A stretch of DNA of 63,200 nucleotides, from positions 1 through 63,200 of the forward strand of contig SKGN01000004.1 in NCBI GenBank assembly GCA_007117415.1, in the 5' to 3' direction. The position numbers and the translations under genes were made by a program. The stretch is from Bacilli bacterium. GTDB lineage: Bacteria > Bacillota_I > Bacilli_A > RF39 > UBA660. Shown here piece by piece: positions 47,275 through 55,795 of the stretch (positions are counted from its first letter, which is position 1; each line of letters begins with the position of its first letter). Below the pieces are notes generated by a model, which worked only from the letters and a program-made list of their open reading frames with translations, was not told the DNA's origin and searched no databases.

Positions 47275-47526
47275 TGTATAAAATTAAAGAAATATGTTAT
47301 AGGGTCTGTTGGGTTTATTTGTTAGTTTTGGGGGGTATTCGATAACTATCGGCTTTTATTTTGTAATAGAAAGTCAATAGCTGGTGTAGAAACCACGTTG
47401 TAGTAATTATTATTATAATGTTTTTAAACAAATGCTATAATGTTATTGTATTAATGAATGGTTTGACTGTGAGGCCATTTTATTATTGTTGGGGGTAAAA
47501 AGTTTGTACCTAAAAAGCCCCATTAA

Positions 47527-47572
47527 TGAGAATAAGCGAACTCTTGGAGAAGGGTTCTTTTTTATTATAATT
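47527..47572 (+). repeat. Module copy B: GCCCCATTAATGAGAATA..CGAACTCT plus terminator
   Basis: 18/18 then 8/8 identical to copy A. Stem GAACTCT pairs with AGGGTTC, followed by a T-run. Confidence 0.7.
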
Positions 47573-47657
47573 TTGATAAATATTTATATTAATCTAACTA
47601 ATATTATAGTTAAAAAATAATTAATAGTGTTTTTATTTTTAATAAAGCAAATAAATA

Positions 47658-47666
47658 TGGTAAAAT
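47658..47666 (+). promoter_or_regulatory. Extended -10 element TGGTAAAAT upstream of the ATP-grasp/racemase gene
   Basis: TGnTAAAAT lies 34 nt upstream of ATG 47700. Confidence 0.4.
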
Positions 47667-47699
47667 AATTTATATAGAAATATTTAGTAGGTGAAAAAA

Positions 47700-49637
47700 A
47701 TGAAGTTAAAAAATAAAAATTTTATTCCAGTAATATTCGGGGGCGATATTAACGCCTATACTTTAGCTAGAACTTTTCATGAAGCTTATCAAATTAAGTC
47801 GATTGTTGTTAGTCAAATGCTTTTACCGGTTATAAATAATAGTCAAATAATTGACAATATAATTGAACCAAATATTGAAAAAGATACTATTATGGTAAAA
47901 AAAGTATCTGATATTGCTAAAATGTACCCGAAAAAAAAGTTATTATTACTTGGTTGTGCAGATTGGTATGTAGAGCAAATAACTAGAAATAAAAATAAAT
48001 TTAGCAAAAATGTTGTAGTTCCGTATGTAACGGTTAATTTAATGAGAAAATTACGAATGAAGGATAATTTTTATGAATTATGTGAAGAATTGGGTGTAGA
48101 TTATCCTAAAACTTTTGTCTATGATATAAAACAAAAAAACGAATTAGATTTTGATTTTGATTTTCCGGTTGTTGTAAAACCGGTTGATGGTGTTTTTTAT
48201 CATTCGGTTACTTTTCTTGGAAAGAAGAAAGGATATAAAGCTTCATCTTTGTCAGAACTGCAAGAAATAATTAATCTTATTAGTAAATCTGAATATAATG
48301 GTAAGCTTATAATTCAGGATTTTATTCCGGGGGATGACGATAACATGCGTGTTTTAACATGTTATTGTGATAATAATTCCAAAGTTAAATTTTATTCCCT
48401 TGGGAATGTGTTATTAGAGGAACATACCCCAGGAGCTATTGGTAATCATGTTGCTATAATGAATGAAGTAAATGCAGAAATTTTTAAGCAGGCTAAAAAA
48501 TTCTTAGAACATGTTAAGTTTAAAGGGTTTGCTAATTTTGATATAAAATATGATGCACGTGATAAAAAATATAAATTTTTTGAAATTAACGTTAGATTAG
48601 GACGAAGTAATTATTATGTTACTGGTAGTGGTTTCAACGTAGCAAAGTATCTGGTTGATGATTTTATATATAATAAAGATATAAAGGAAGTTATAGCCGA
48701 TAAAGGACATTTATATATGATAGTTCCTAAGATGGTTCTATTTAAATATCTTAAGGATAAAGAAAAAAAGAAGAAAGTCAAACTTTTAATCAAACAAAAG
48801 AAAGTATGTCATCCGTTACTATATAAAGAGGACTTTAATATAAAAAGATATATTTATGTTAAGTTAGCATTAATTAATCAAATTAGAAAATATAAAAAGT
48901 ATTATAAAAAAAATCAAGTTGAGATAAAGAAAGAAAAAACAGTAGGTGTTATTGGTGGAGTCGGCCCGTTAGCGACATCTTATTTCATTAACAATGTAAT
49001 AAAAAGAACGAAAGCTAATAAAGATCAAGATCACATTAATATGTTTATTATTAATCATCCAACTATCCCTGATAGAACAGAGTATATATTAGATAATAAT
49101 AATCCTAATCCGGCTATTATGATGACTGAAGATGCACGAAAATTAGAAAACTTAGGGGCTAATTTTATTGTATTACCATGTAATACCGCCCATTATTTTT
49201 ATAAATATATTCAAAAAGAAATAAGTATTCCATTAATAAATATTGTTGAAGAAACGGTTCAGTTTATAATTAAACAAAATCCCCAAATAAAAACAGTAGG
49301 CCTTCTAGCTACTGACGGTACTATTTTGTCAAATATTTACCAAGAAACAATGAAAAAATGTGGAGTAAAATGTTTTGTGCCCAAAGAAAATACTCAAAAG
49401 GAATTAATGAATATAATATATGAGCAAGTTAAAGGACCAAAAGATATAGATATTCAACTTTTCAAAAAAATAATAAAGGAATTATCGGAACTAGGATGCG
49501 AAAAAATAATTTTGGGGTGTACTGAATTATCGGTTATTAATAATGATTTTGATTTAGATAATGATGACATAATTGATTCCTTGGCAGTTTTAATTGAAAA
49601 AACAATATTACTTAGCGGAAAACAAATTAATAAGTAG
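47700..49637 (+). CDS. Fusion protein: ATP-grasp carboxylate-amine ligase (D-aspartate-ligase-like) plus aspartate racemase
   Basis: The N-terminal ~400 aa are ATP-grasp-like (...FPVVVKPVDG..., IIQDFIPGDD, FFEINVRLGRSNYY). The C-terminal ~230 aa are Asp/Glu racemase with both catalytic Cys contexts (LPCNTAHYF, LGCTELS). Single uninterrupted ORF. Confidence 0.75.
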   Translation: MKLKNKNFIPVIFGGDINAYTLARTFHEAYQIKSIVVSQMLLPVINNSQIIDNIIEPNIEKDTIMVKKVSDIAKMYPKKKLLLLGCADWYVEQITRNKNKFSKNVVVPYVTVNLMRKLRMKDNFYELCEELGVDYPKTFVYDIKQKNELDFDFDFPVVVKPVDGVFYHSVTFLGKKKGYKASSLSELQEIINLISKSEYNGKLIIQDFIPGDDDNMRVLTCYCDNNSKVKFYSLGNVLLEEHTPGAIGNHVAIMNEVNAEIFKQAKKFLEHVKFKGFANFDIKYDARDKKYKFFEINVRLGRSNYYVTGSGFNVAKYLVDDFIYNKDIKEVIADKGHLYMIVPKMVLFKYLKDKEKKKKVKLLIKQKKVCHPLLYKEDFNIKRYIYVKLALINQIRKYKKYYKKNQVEIKKEKTVGVIGGVGPLATSYFINNVIKRTKANKDQDHINMFIINHPTIPDRTEYILDNNNPNPAIMMTEDARKLENLGANFIVLPCNTAHYFYKYIQKEISIPLINIVEETVQFIIKQNPQIKTVGLLATDGTILSNIYQETMKKCGVKCFVPKENTQKELMNIIYEQVKGPKDIDIQLFKKIIKELSELGCEKIILGCTELSVINNDFDLDNDDIIDSLAVLIEKTILLSGKQINK

Positions 49638-49777
49638 TATTTATTATCCATACGAAAAGTAGCAGCAGGAAAAGAAAAAGACTAACCAAAGCTAAAAAAG
49701 CAAAATAAAATATTTAAATAGATATAAATTGAAAACAGTTATTACTGTTTTTATTCTTTGTTATGAGGTGAACAAAT

Positions 49778-50440
49778 ATGAGTAATTGCAAGATATGTGG
49801 GAGAATAACAAGCAAGATTAAATGTTCAAAAAATAACGTTAGTTATAATCGTTGTTTCTGGTGTGAGTTTATATCAAAAGATGATGAGTTTATTGTAAGT
49901 GAAAAGGAAGAATTAAAAACATATAATAATCATAATAATTCTATCGATGATTTTAAGTATGTTAAATATTTCAAAGAATTTATTGATGCAACTATAATGC
50001 CCTATATAAAGTTTGGAAGCGTTTTAGATTTTGGAAGCGGTCCCTCACCAGTGTTAAGACAAATACTAGAAAGAGATTATGATTTTAAAGTAGATATATA
50101 TGATCACTATTATCAGCCTCAGAAAATTTATAAAACTAAGAAGTATGATTTAATTGTTTGTACAGAGGTAGTAGAGCATTTAAAAGATCCGCTTTATTAT
50201 TTCAAAATATTTCAAAATCATTTAAAAAAAGATGGATATTTAGCAATAACAACTTTATTTCATCATAATTATTCTGATTTCTTATTGTGGCATTATATAA
50301 GAGACATGACCCATATATCTTTCTATACTCCAAAGACAATGAATTTTATTGGTAATCAAATAGGGTTTAATATGATATATCATAATGATTGCCGTTATGT
50401 AGCGTTTAAAAAAATAAGTGAGGAAGTGAACCGTGAATAA
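49778..50440 (+). CDS. Class I SAM-dependent methyltransferase with an N-terminal Cys4 zinc ribbon
   Basis: CKICG...CFWC followed by motif I VLDFGSGPSP and VCTEVVEHL. Confidence 0.7.
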   Translation: MSNCKICGRITSKIKCSKNNVSYNRCFWCEFISKDDEFIVSEKEELKTYNNHNNSIDDFKYVKYFKEFIDATIMPYIKFGSVLDFGSGPSPVLRQILERDYDFKVDIYDHYYQPQKIYKTKKYDLIVCTEVVEHLKDPLYYFKIFQNHLKKDGYLAITTLFHHNYSDFLLWHYIRDMTHISFYTPKTMNFIGNQIGFNMIYHNDCRYVAFKKISEEVNRE

Positions 50441-52496
50441 TAAGGATTTAAAAATAGAAAAAGAATATTTAAATAATACGTTAAGTATTATTGCAAAAAA
50501 AATCACTCAAATTGAAACCGTTTTAGAAGAAAAAGTAGGCGATATTAATCAATTTAAAAAAGAACTTCAAGTTTTAAAAAGAGAAGTAGATAGAGCAGAA
50601 TTTGTTACTAACGTGGAGCATTTAAATAGGTCGGTAAGTACCACTAATGAATCGTTTAAAAAGTTGAATCAATTAATAAAGGCTAGTAATAATCCTTACT
50701 TTGGAAGAATTGATTTTACTGATGAAGATAATAACTGTGAAAAGATATATATTGGTCTTTGTAGTGTAGATAAAAACTTTGAATATTATGTCTATGATTG
50801 GAGAAGCCCAATTTCCAGTATGTTTTATAATTATGGGGTAGGAGAAGCTTCATATATTTCTCCGGAAGGAAAAAAAAGGGGACAAATAAGTTTAAAAAGG
50901 CAATTTAAATTTGAAAACGCTAAAATAAAACACTATTTTGATACAAGTATTAATATAGAGGATCCTTTTCTTCAAGATGTTTTAGCGTCGTCATCTAGTC
51001 AAAAAATGAAAAATATCGTTACAACCATACAACAAGAACAAAATGAAGTAATTAGAAATATAGAAGATAAGATTTTAATTGTTCAAGGAAGTGCTGGTTC
51101 AGGAAAAACATCAGTTGCGCTTCATAGAATAGCCTACTTACTTTATCAAAACAAGAAGTTGACTTCTAATAATATTATTATCTTTTCTCCTAATGATGTT
51201 TTTTCAAATTATATTTCCGATGTTCTTCCTGAATTAGGAGAGAGTAACGTAAAGGAAACGACTTTTGTCCATTTTGCAAGCTTTCACTTACAAGGCTTTA
51301 ATAAAATAGAAAGTTATCTGGAATTTTCAGAAAGGTACTATAAATCTGAAAAATTTAATCAAAAAGATTTTTTGCAAATTAAAAGTAAATTATCTGATGA
51401 ATTACCACAATTTATTTCTTTATATCTTACGGAAATAATTAATAATATAGCCTTTAATGATGATTTAGTCTTGAATAGAAAAAATCTTAATATTATTGGA
51501 TTTGAGGAATGTATTATTCAGAAGGAAGAATTAAGAAATATGTTTCACGATAGGTATTCAAAAGTATATTTAATGGAAAGATTAGATTGTATTGCCACTA
51601 GCCTTAGCGATAGATTAGGAATTTCGCATAAAAAATATACAAAAATTATAAAGAAAAAACTAAAAGATATAATTAATAGAAAAATAAACATTAAAGATAT
51701 TTATAACGAAATAATAGCATCAGATAAATACCTTAATCAATTTAAAATCAGAGGAGAAAAAATATCTTCAAATTGTCAGTTGTTAAAATATGAAAATGTT
51801 CTCCCTCTTTTATATTTAACTTTTGAAATGAGTGGTTATCCATGTCAAAGTTATATAAAGCAAGTTGTTATAGATGAGGCCCAAGATTATACAAAATTAC
51901 AATTTAAACTGATTCATAAAGTGTTTCGTTTTGCTGATTTTACCATTTTAGGTGATGTTAATCAAACGATAAATCCCTTTTATAAATATAATAAGTTAGA
52001 TGCCGTTAAAGATTGTTTTAAAAGAGAAATTAAATATATAGAATTAAACAAGACTTATCGATCAAGTTACGAAATAATTGAGCATAATAACAAAATTTTA
52101 GGTTTAACTAATTGTTATGCGGTTAGAAAAAGTAATAATATAGGTGTTTTATACAAAAAAGATAACCTAGAAAATAAATATAATTATATTTATGAAGATA
52201 TTTTAGAAATGCAACAAAAAGGTATGAAAAAAATTGCCGTTGTAACTAAAAATTATAGTGAAACAAATCAAATATATGAACACCTAAAAGAAAGATTAAA
52301 TATTAAACTAGTTAGTGAAAAAGAAATAAATGATTTAATTGTATTGCCAGTTTCAATAGCTAAAGGCCTTGAATTTGATGGGGTTATTGTATATTCTGAT
52401 GAAAAAAATAAATATTCTACTTTTGATAAAAATTTATTTTATATTGCCTGTACAAGAGCGCAACATCAATTAATAGTTTATAATCAAAATCAATAG
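50433..52496 (+). CDS. helD: HelD-type (helicase IV-like) RNA polymerase recycling ATPase
   Basis: NPYFGRIDF...IYIGL...DWRSPISSMFY N-terminal signature. UvrD-like Walker A GSAGSGKTSVALHR, then VVIDEAQDY. GTG start overlaps the methyltransferase gene by 8 nt. Confidence 0.85.
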   Translation: MNNKDLKIEKEYLNNTLSIIAKKITQIETVLEEKVGDINQFKKELQVLKREVDRAEFVTNVEHLNRSVSTTNESFKKLNQLIKASNNPYFGRIDFTDEDNNCEKIYIGLCSVDKNFEYYVYDWRSPISSMFYNYGVGEASYISPEGKKRGQISLKRQFKFENAKIKHYFDTSINIEDPFLQDVLASSSSQKMKNIVTTIQQEQNEVIRNIEDKILIVQGSAGSGKTSVALHRIAYLLYQNKKLTSNNIIIFSPNDVFSNYISDVLPELGESNVKETTFVHFASFHLQGFNKIESYLEFSERYYKSEKFNQKDFLQIKSKLSDELPQFISLYLTEIINNIAFNDDLVLNRKNLNIIGFEECIIQKEELRNMFHDRYSKVYLMERLDCIATSLSDRLGISHKKYTKIIKKKLKDIINRKINIKDIYNEIIASDKYLNQFKIRGEKISSNCQLLKYENVLPLLYLTFEMSGYPCQSYIKQVVIDEAQDYTKLQFKLIHKVFRFADFTILGDVNQTINPFYKYNKLDAVKDCFKREIKYIELNKTYRSSYEIIEHNNKILGLTNCYAVRKSNNIGVLYKKDNLENKYNYIYEDILEMQQKGMKKIAVVTKNYSETNQIYEHLKERLNIKLVSEKEINDLIVLPVSIAKGLEFDGVIVYSDEKNKYSTFDKNLFYIACTRAQHQLIVYNQNQ

Positions 52497-52498
52497 TT

Positions 52499-52532
52499 AA
52501 AACCCACCTTCTATGATAAGAAGATGGGTTTT
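52499..52532. terminator. Bidirectional terminator between helD (+) and the pgsA-like gene (-)
   Basis: AAAACCCACCTTC pairs with GAAGATGGGTTTT (one mismatch). Confidence 0.65.
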
Positions 52533-52539
52533 AATTTTA

Positions 52540-53250
52540 TTATTTAATTTTTTCTTTCACTTTTTTTATGTCCAAATTATTTGTGATTACATTATCTTTT
52601 TTTTCTATATATTTTAACTCTAATTTTAATCTTTCTAAATCATTAATCATAGTTTTATGTTTATCCTTACGACAGTTATTATTACTAAAACTATTGATAT
52701 CTTTGTAATCAAAAGCAAAACTCTTTTTTTCTTTTTTGGATAATAATAAATATTTCTTAATTGTTAAAAGTTGTAATATGGTTGTAGTTCCTAAAAAAAG
52801 AGGTAAAAGAAGATGAGTATTAAAATTAAGTGTTGATAGCAAAGAAATAGCAATAGTTGAGAAAAGAAAAATCGTTTTAATTTTGCCGGTAGCGATTACT
52901 TCATTTAAATTTTTACTAGTTATATATCCTCTCACATTTACTAAGGTGATAATCCCTTCTAAAAACAAAGATATCCATAGAACGGGATTTATTGTTAATG
53001 CTGCCATTGTTAAAGCGCCACCACTTAAAATTTTATCAGCAATAGGATCTAATTTTTTTCCATAATTAGATACAACTTTCCATTTTCTAGCTAAATAACC
53101 ATCAAGCGCGTCACTACTTGATCCTAACAAAAAGAGCGTTAAAGCAGCTGTGAAATTACCACTTAGAAAAAGGAACGGAATAATAATAGATATAACCATT
53201 CGCATTGTAGTAATAATATTAGGGATATATTTTTTCATATTGTTTGTCAT
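52540..53250 (-). CDS. pgsA: CDP-alcohol phosphatidyltransferase (PgsA-like) with a ~70-aa charged C-terminal extension
   Basis: The complete motif [27 protein letters not shown] fits DxxDGxxAR-x8-G-x3-D-x3-D. Confidence 0.8.
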   Translation of the reverse strand: MTNNMKKYIPNIITTMRMVISIIIPFLFLSGNFTAALTLFLLGSSSDALDGYLARKWKVVSNYGKKLDPIADKILSGGALTMAALTINPVLWISLFLEGIITLVNVRGYITSKNLNEVIATGKIKTIFLFSTIAISLLSTLNFNTHLLLPLFLGTTTILQLLTIKKYLLLSKKEKKSFAFDYKDINSFSNNNCRKDKHKTMINDLERLKLELKYIEKKDNVITNNLDIKKVKEKIK

Positions 53251-53398
53251 TTAAGCACCTCTTAATTTTATTATTATATAATAAAATTGTAAATAAGTAA
53301 TTAATAATATGATAATAATTACTTTTATATTTAAGGTTGTTTAATATTCTTATAATTTGTTCATTATAAGCATAGGATATTATGAAAGGGGAACTACT

Positions 53399-55705
53399 AT
53401 GTTTAGTAAGTTTACTGAAGAAGCTCAAAGAGCGTTGGTTAACGCAAAAAAAGAAATGTCTGAATTAAAACATCCTTATGTAGGAAGTGAACATTTATTA
53501 TTAGCCATTCTTAAAGAAAATAATGAAATTAGTAAAAAATTAAAAAGTTATAATATAAATTATCAAAATTTTAAAGAAGAATTAATTGATATTATGGGAG
53601 TAGGAACTAATAAAAATCAATGGTTTTTATATACACCTTTATTAAAGCGCGTTATTGAAAATGCTATTTTGGATAGCAAGGAGAATAATGACGGTGAAGT
53701 TACTATTGAGCATCTTTTTTGTTCTTTGCTAGAAGAAGGAGAAGGTGTAGCCATAAGAATAATGCTTAGTATGAATGTAGAAGTGGATAAACTCTATAAT
53801 AATTTCCCCAATAAATTAGTAACTAAAAAGATGAAACAAAAACATTTATTAATAGAAGAAATGGCGGTTGATCTTACCAAGCAAGCATCCAATGAAGAGT
53901 TAGATCCCGTTATAGGGCGTGATAAAGAAGTTGAGCGAATGATTGAAATATTATGTCGAAGAACTAAAAATAATCCCCTTCTTATAGGAGAAGCAGGAGT
54001 TGGTAAGACAGCGATAGTTGAGCATTTAAGTACTCTCATAACAAAAGGGGAAGTGCCAGAAATATTAAAAAACAAAAAAGTATTATCTTTTGATATGGCT
54101 ACGATGGTCGCCGGCACTAAATATCGTGGTGAGTTTGAAGAAAGAATGAAGAAAGTTTTAAATGAATTAGAAGATAATCAGGATATTATAATTTTTATTG
54201 ATGAAATACATACTTTAGTAGGAGCCGGTGGAGCAGAAGGCGCGATTGATGCTTCAAACATTTTTAAACCGGCTTTAGCCCGTAATAAAATTAGATGCAT
54301 AGGGGCTACTACTACGGAAGAATATAAAAAATATATTGAAAATGATGGAGCATTAGATCGCCGTTTTCAAAAAGTTTTTATTGAAGAACCGGACAAAATA
54401 ATGGTTCGAAAAATCCTAATGAAATTAAAAGGAATATATGAAAGTTATCATCAAGTTATGCTTAAAGAGGAAATAATTGATACAATTATTGATTTATCCG
54501 ATAAATATATATATGATCGTAATCAACCGGATAAAGCGATTGATATTTTAGATGAGGTTTGTGCCAAGACCTCCTTAAAAGAAACTAAAAATAGTAAAAA
54601 ATTAAATCAATTATATCGTGATTTAGAAAATACAAAAAAGCAAAAAAACAGTTGTATTGTTAAACATGATATTGACAATGCTTATATACAAAAAGATTTA
54701 GAAGAAAAATTATTAAATGAAATAAATAATTTAGAATTAAAAATATTGGAAAAACATAAAGTTAAAGAAGTAAGGAAAGAGTTAGTAGCTGAAGTAATTA
54801 ATGTTAAAACAAAAATTCCCATTTTTGAAATTATCAATGATAGCAAAAAAATATTTGGCAAATTGGAGAAAGAAATTAAAAGTAACATAATAGGTCAAGA
54901 AGAGGCTATTTCTAAACTTATAAATATTACTAAAAGAATAAAACTAGGATTTAAAGATGAAAAAAAGTGTTATTCATATTTATTTTGTGGTCCAACAGGA
55001 GTAGGGAAAACAGAGTTAGCAATGTGTTATGCCAAAAATTTAGTAGGTGAAAACAATGTTATTAAATTAGATATGAGCGAATTTAATGAATCGCATACAG
55101 TTAGTAAAATAATAGGGGCTCCTCCAGGGTATATTGGTTATGAAGACAACAAAAACATTTTAGAAGAAATAAGAAACAAGCCGTATTCAGTATTAATTGT
55201 TGATGAAATTGAAAAAGCTCATCAATCTGTAATAAATCTGTTTTTACAAGTTTTGGATTATGCTTGTTTAAAAGATTCAAATGGTAAACTAGTGCGTTTT
55301 GATAATGTATTAATTATTTTTACCACAAACGCTGGAGTAGGTAAAAATATAGTAGGTTTTAATATAGACAACGAGGAAAAGATTATATCAAAACTAAAAA
55401 ATTATTTAAGTATTGAATTTATTAATCGATTATATAATATTACTATTTTTAGTCAATTAACCAAAAAAGAAATAAGTAAAATAGTTAATAAAAACTTAGA
55501 GAAGATGAAATTAAGATTTAAAAATGTTTCCATAATAATTAACAAACAAGTTATTGAAGAAATTATTGATTTATGCGATTATAAAATTTTTGGGGCAAGA
55601 AAAATAGAAAAAATAATTCAAGAAAAACTAGAGTCTATAATTATAGATAATTTAATGAATGATAATATGAAAGTTAATATAGATTCAATTAAAGAACTTG
55701 TATAA
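53399..55705 (+). CDS. clpC: ClpC-type AAA+ ATPase (Clp_N, D1, D2, VGF ClpP-docking loop)
   Basis: [34 protein letters not shown]; Walker A motifs GEAGVGKTA and GPTGVGKTE; VGF loop. Start trimmed to ATG 53399. Confidence 0.85.
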   Translation: MFSKFTEEAQRALVNAKKEMSELKHPYVGSEHLLLAILKENNEISKKLKSYNINYQNFKEELIDIMGVGTNKNQWFLYTPLLKRVIENAILDSKENNDGEVTIEHLFCSLLEEGEGVAIRIMLSMNVEVDKLYNNFPNKLVTKKMKQKHLLIEEMAVDLTKQASNEELDPVIGRDKEVERMIEILCRRTKNNPLLIGEAGVGKTAIVEHLSTLITKGEVPEILKNKKVLSFDMATMVAGTKYRGEFEERMKKVLNELEDNQDIIIFIDEIHTLVGAGGAEGAIDASNIFKPALARNKIRCIGATTTEEYKKYIENDGALDRRFQKVFIEEPDKIMVRKILMKLKGIYESYHQVMLKEEIIDTIIDLSDKYIYDRNQPDKAIDILDEVCAKTSLKETKNSKKLNQLYRDLENTKKQKNSCIVKHDIDNAYIQKDLEEKLLNEINNLELKILEKHKVKEVRKELVAEVINVKTKIPIFEIINDSKKIFGKLEKEIKSNIIGQEEAISKLINITKRIKLGFKDEKKCYSYLFCGPTGVGKTELAMCYAKNLVGENNVIKLDMSEFNESHTVSKIIGAPPGYIGYEDNKNILEEIRNKPYSVLIVDEIEKAHQSVINLFLQVLDYACLKDSNGKLVRFDNVLIIFTTNAGVGKNIVGFNIDNEEKIISKLKNYLSIEFINRLYNITIFSQLTKKEISKIVNKNLEKMKLRFKNVSIIINKQVIEEIIDLCDYKIFGARKIEKIIQEKLESIIIDNLMNDNMKVNIDSIKELV

Positions 55706-55706
55706 T

Positions 55707-55740
55707 AAACATCTCCTTATGGAAGTGGAGATGTTTTTTG
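55707..55740 (+). terminator. Rho-independent terminator
   Basis: AAACATCTCC pairs with GGAGATGTTT, followed by TTTT. Confidence 0.75.
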
Positions 55741-55759
55741 TTTTTAATTTTGTTCTATG

Positions 55760-55768
55760 TGGTAAAAT
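55760..55768 (+). promoter_or_regulatory. Extended -10 element TGGTAAAAT upstream of gltX
   Basis: TGnTAAAAT lies 28 nt upstream of ATG 55796. Confidence 0.4.
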
Positions 55769-55795
55769 ATGATAAAATATAAGAAGGTGATATAG

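Noticed and set aside
47497-47572. Copy B region considered as a preQ1-I, T-box or other known riboswitch, on the basis of the TGGGGG...CCCCA helix, an A-rich tract and a terminator.
   Set aside because: The loop is far larger than in preQ1-I. There is no T-box AGGGTGGTACC-type sequence or specifier architecture. The downstream gene has its own promoter after the terminator. The region is kept only as an unclassified element in the findings.
48141-48165. Short tandem repeats inside coding regions: GATTTT x3 in the ATP-grasp gene and ACC x4 in murD.
   Set aside because: These are trivial low-complexity codon repeats (DFDFDF, TTTT) with no sign of phase-variable length. They are in frame and lie within conserved proteins.
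51541-51552. A parS-like half site (TGTTTCACG) inside helD, and the search for parS near soj/spo0J.
   Set aside because: Only half of the 16-bp TGTTNCACGTGAAACA palindrome is present. No full site was seen in or near spo0J.
55707-55740. The clpC terminator stem AACATCTC(C)/(G)GAGATGTT is the same 8-mer pair as the SD-sequestering hairpin inside the IS (15970-15991).
   Set aside because: Because each hairpin is self-complementary, this amounts to a single shared 8-9-mer. One or two chance occurrences of an 8-mer are expected in 2 x 63 kb, and the flanks are unrelated.
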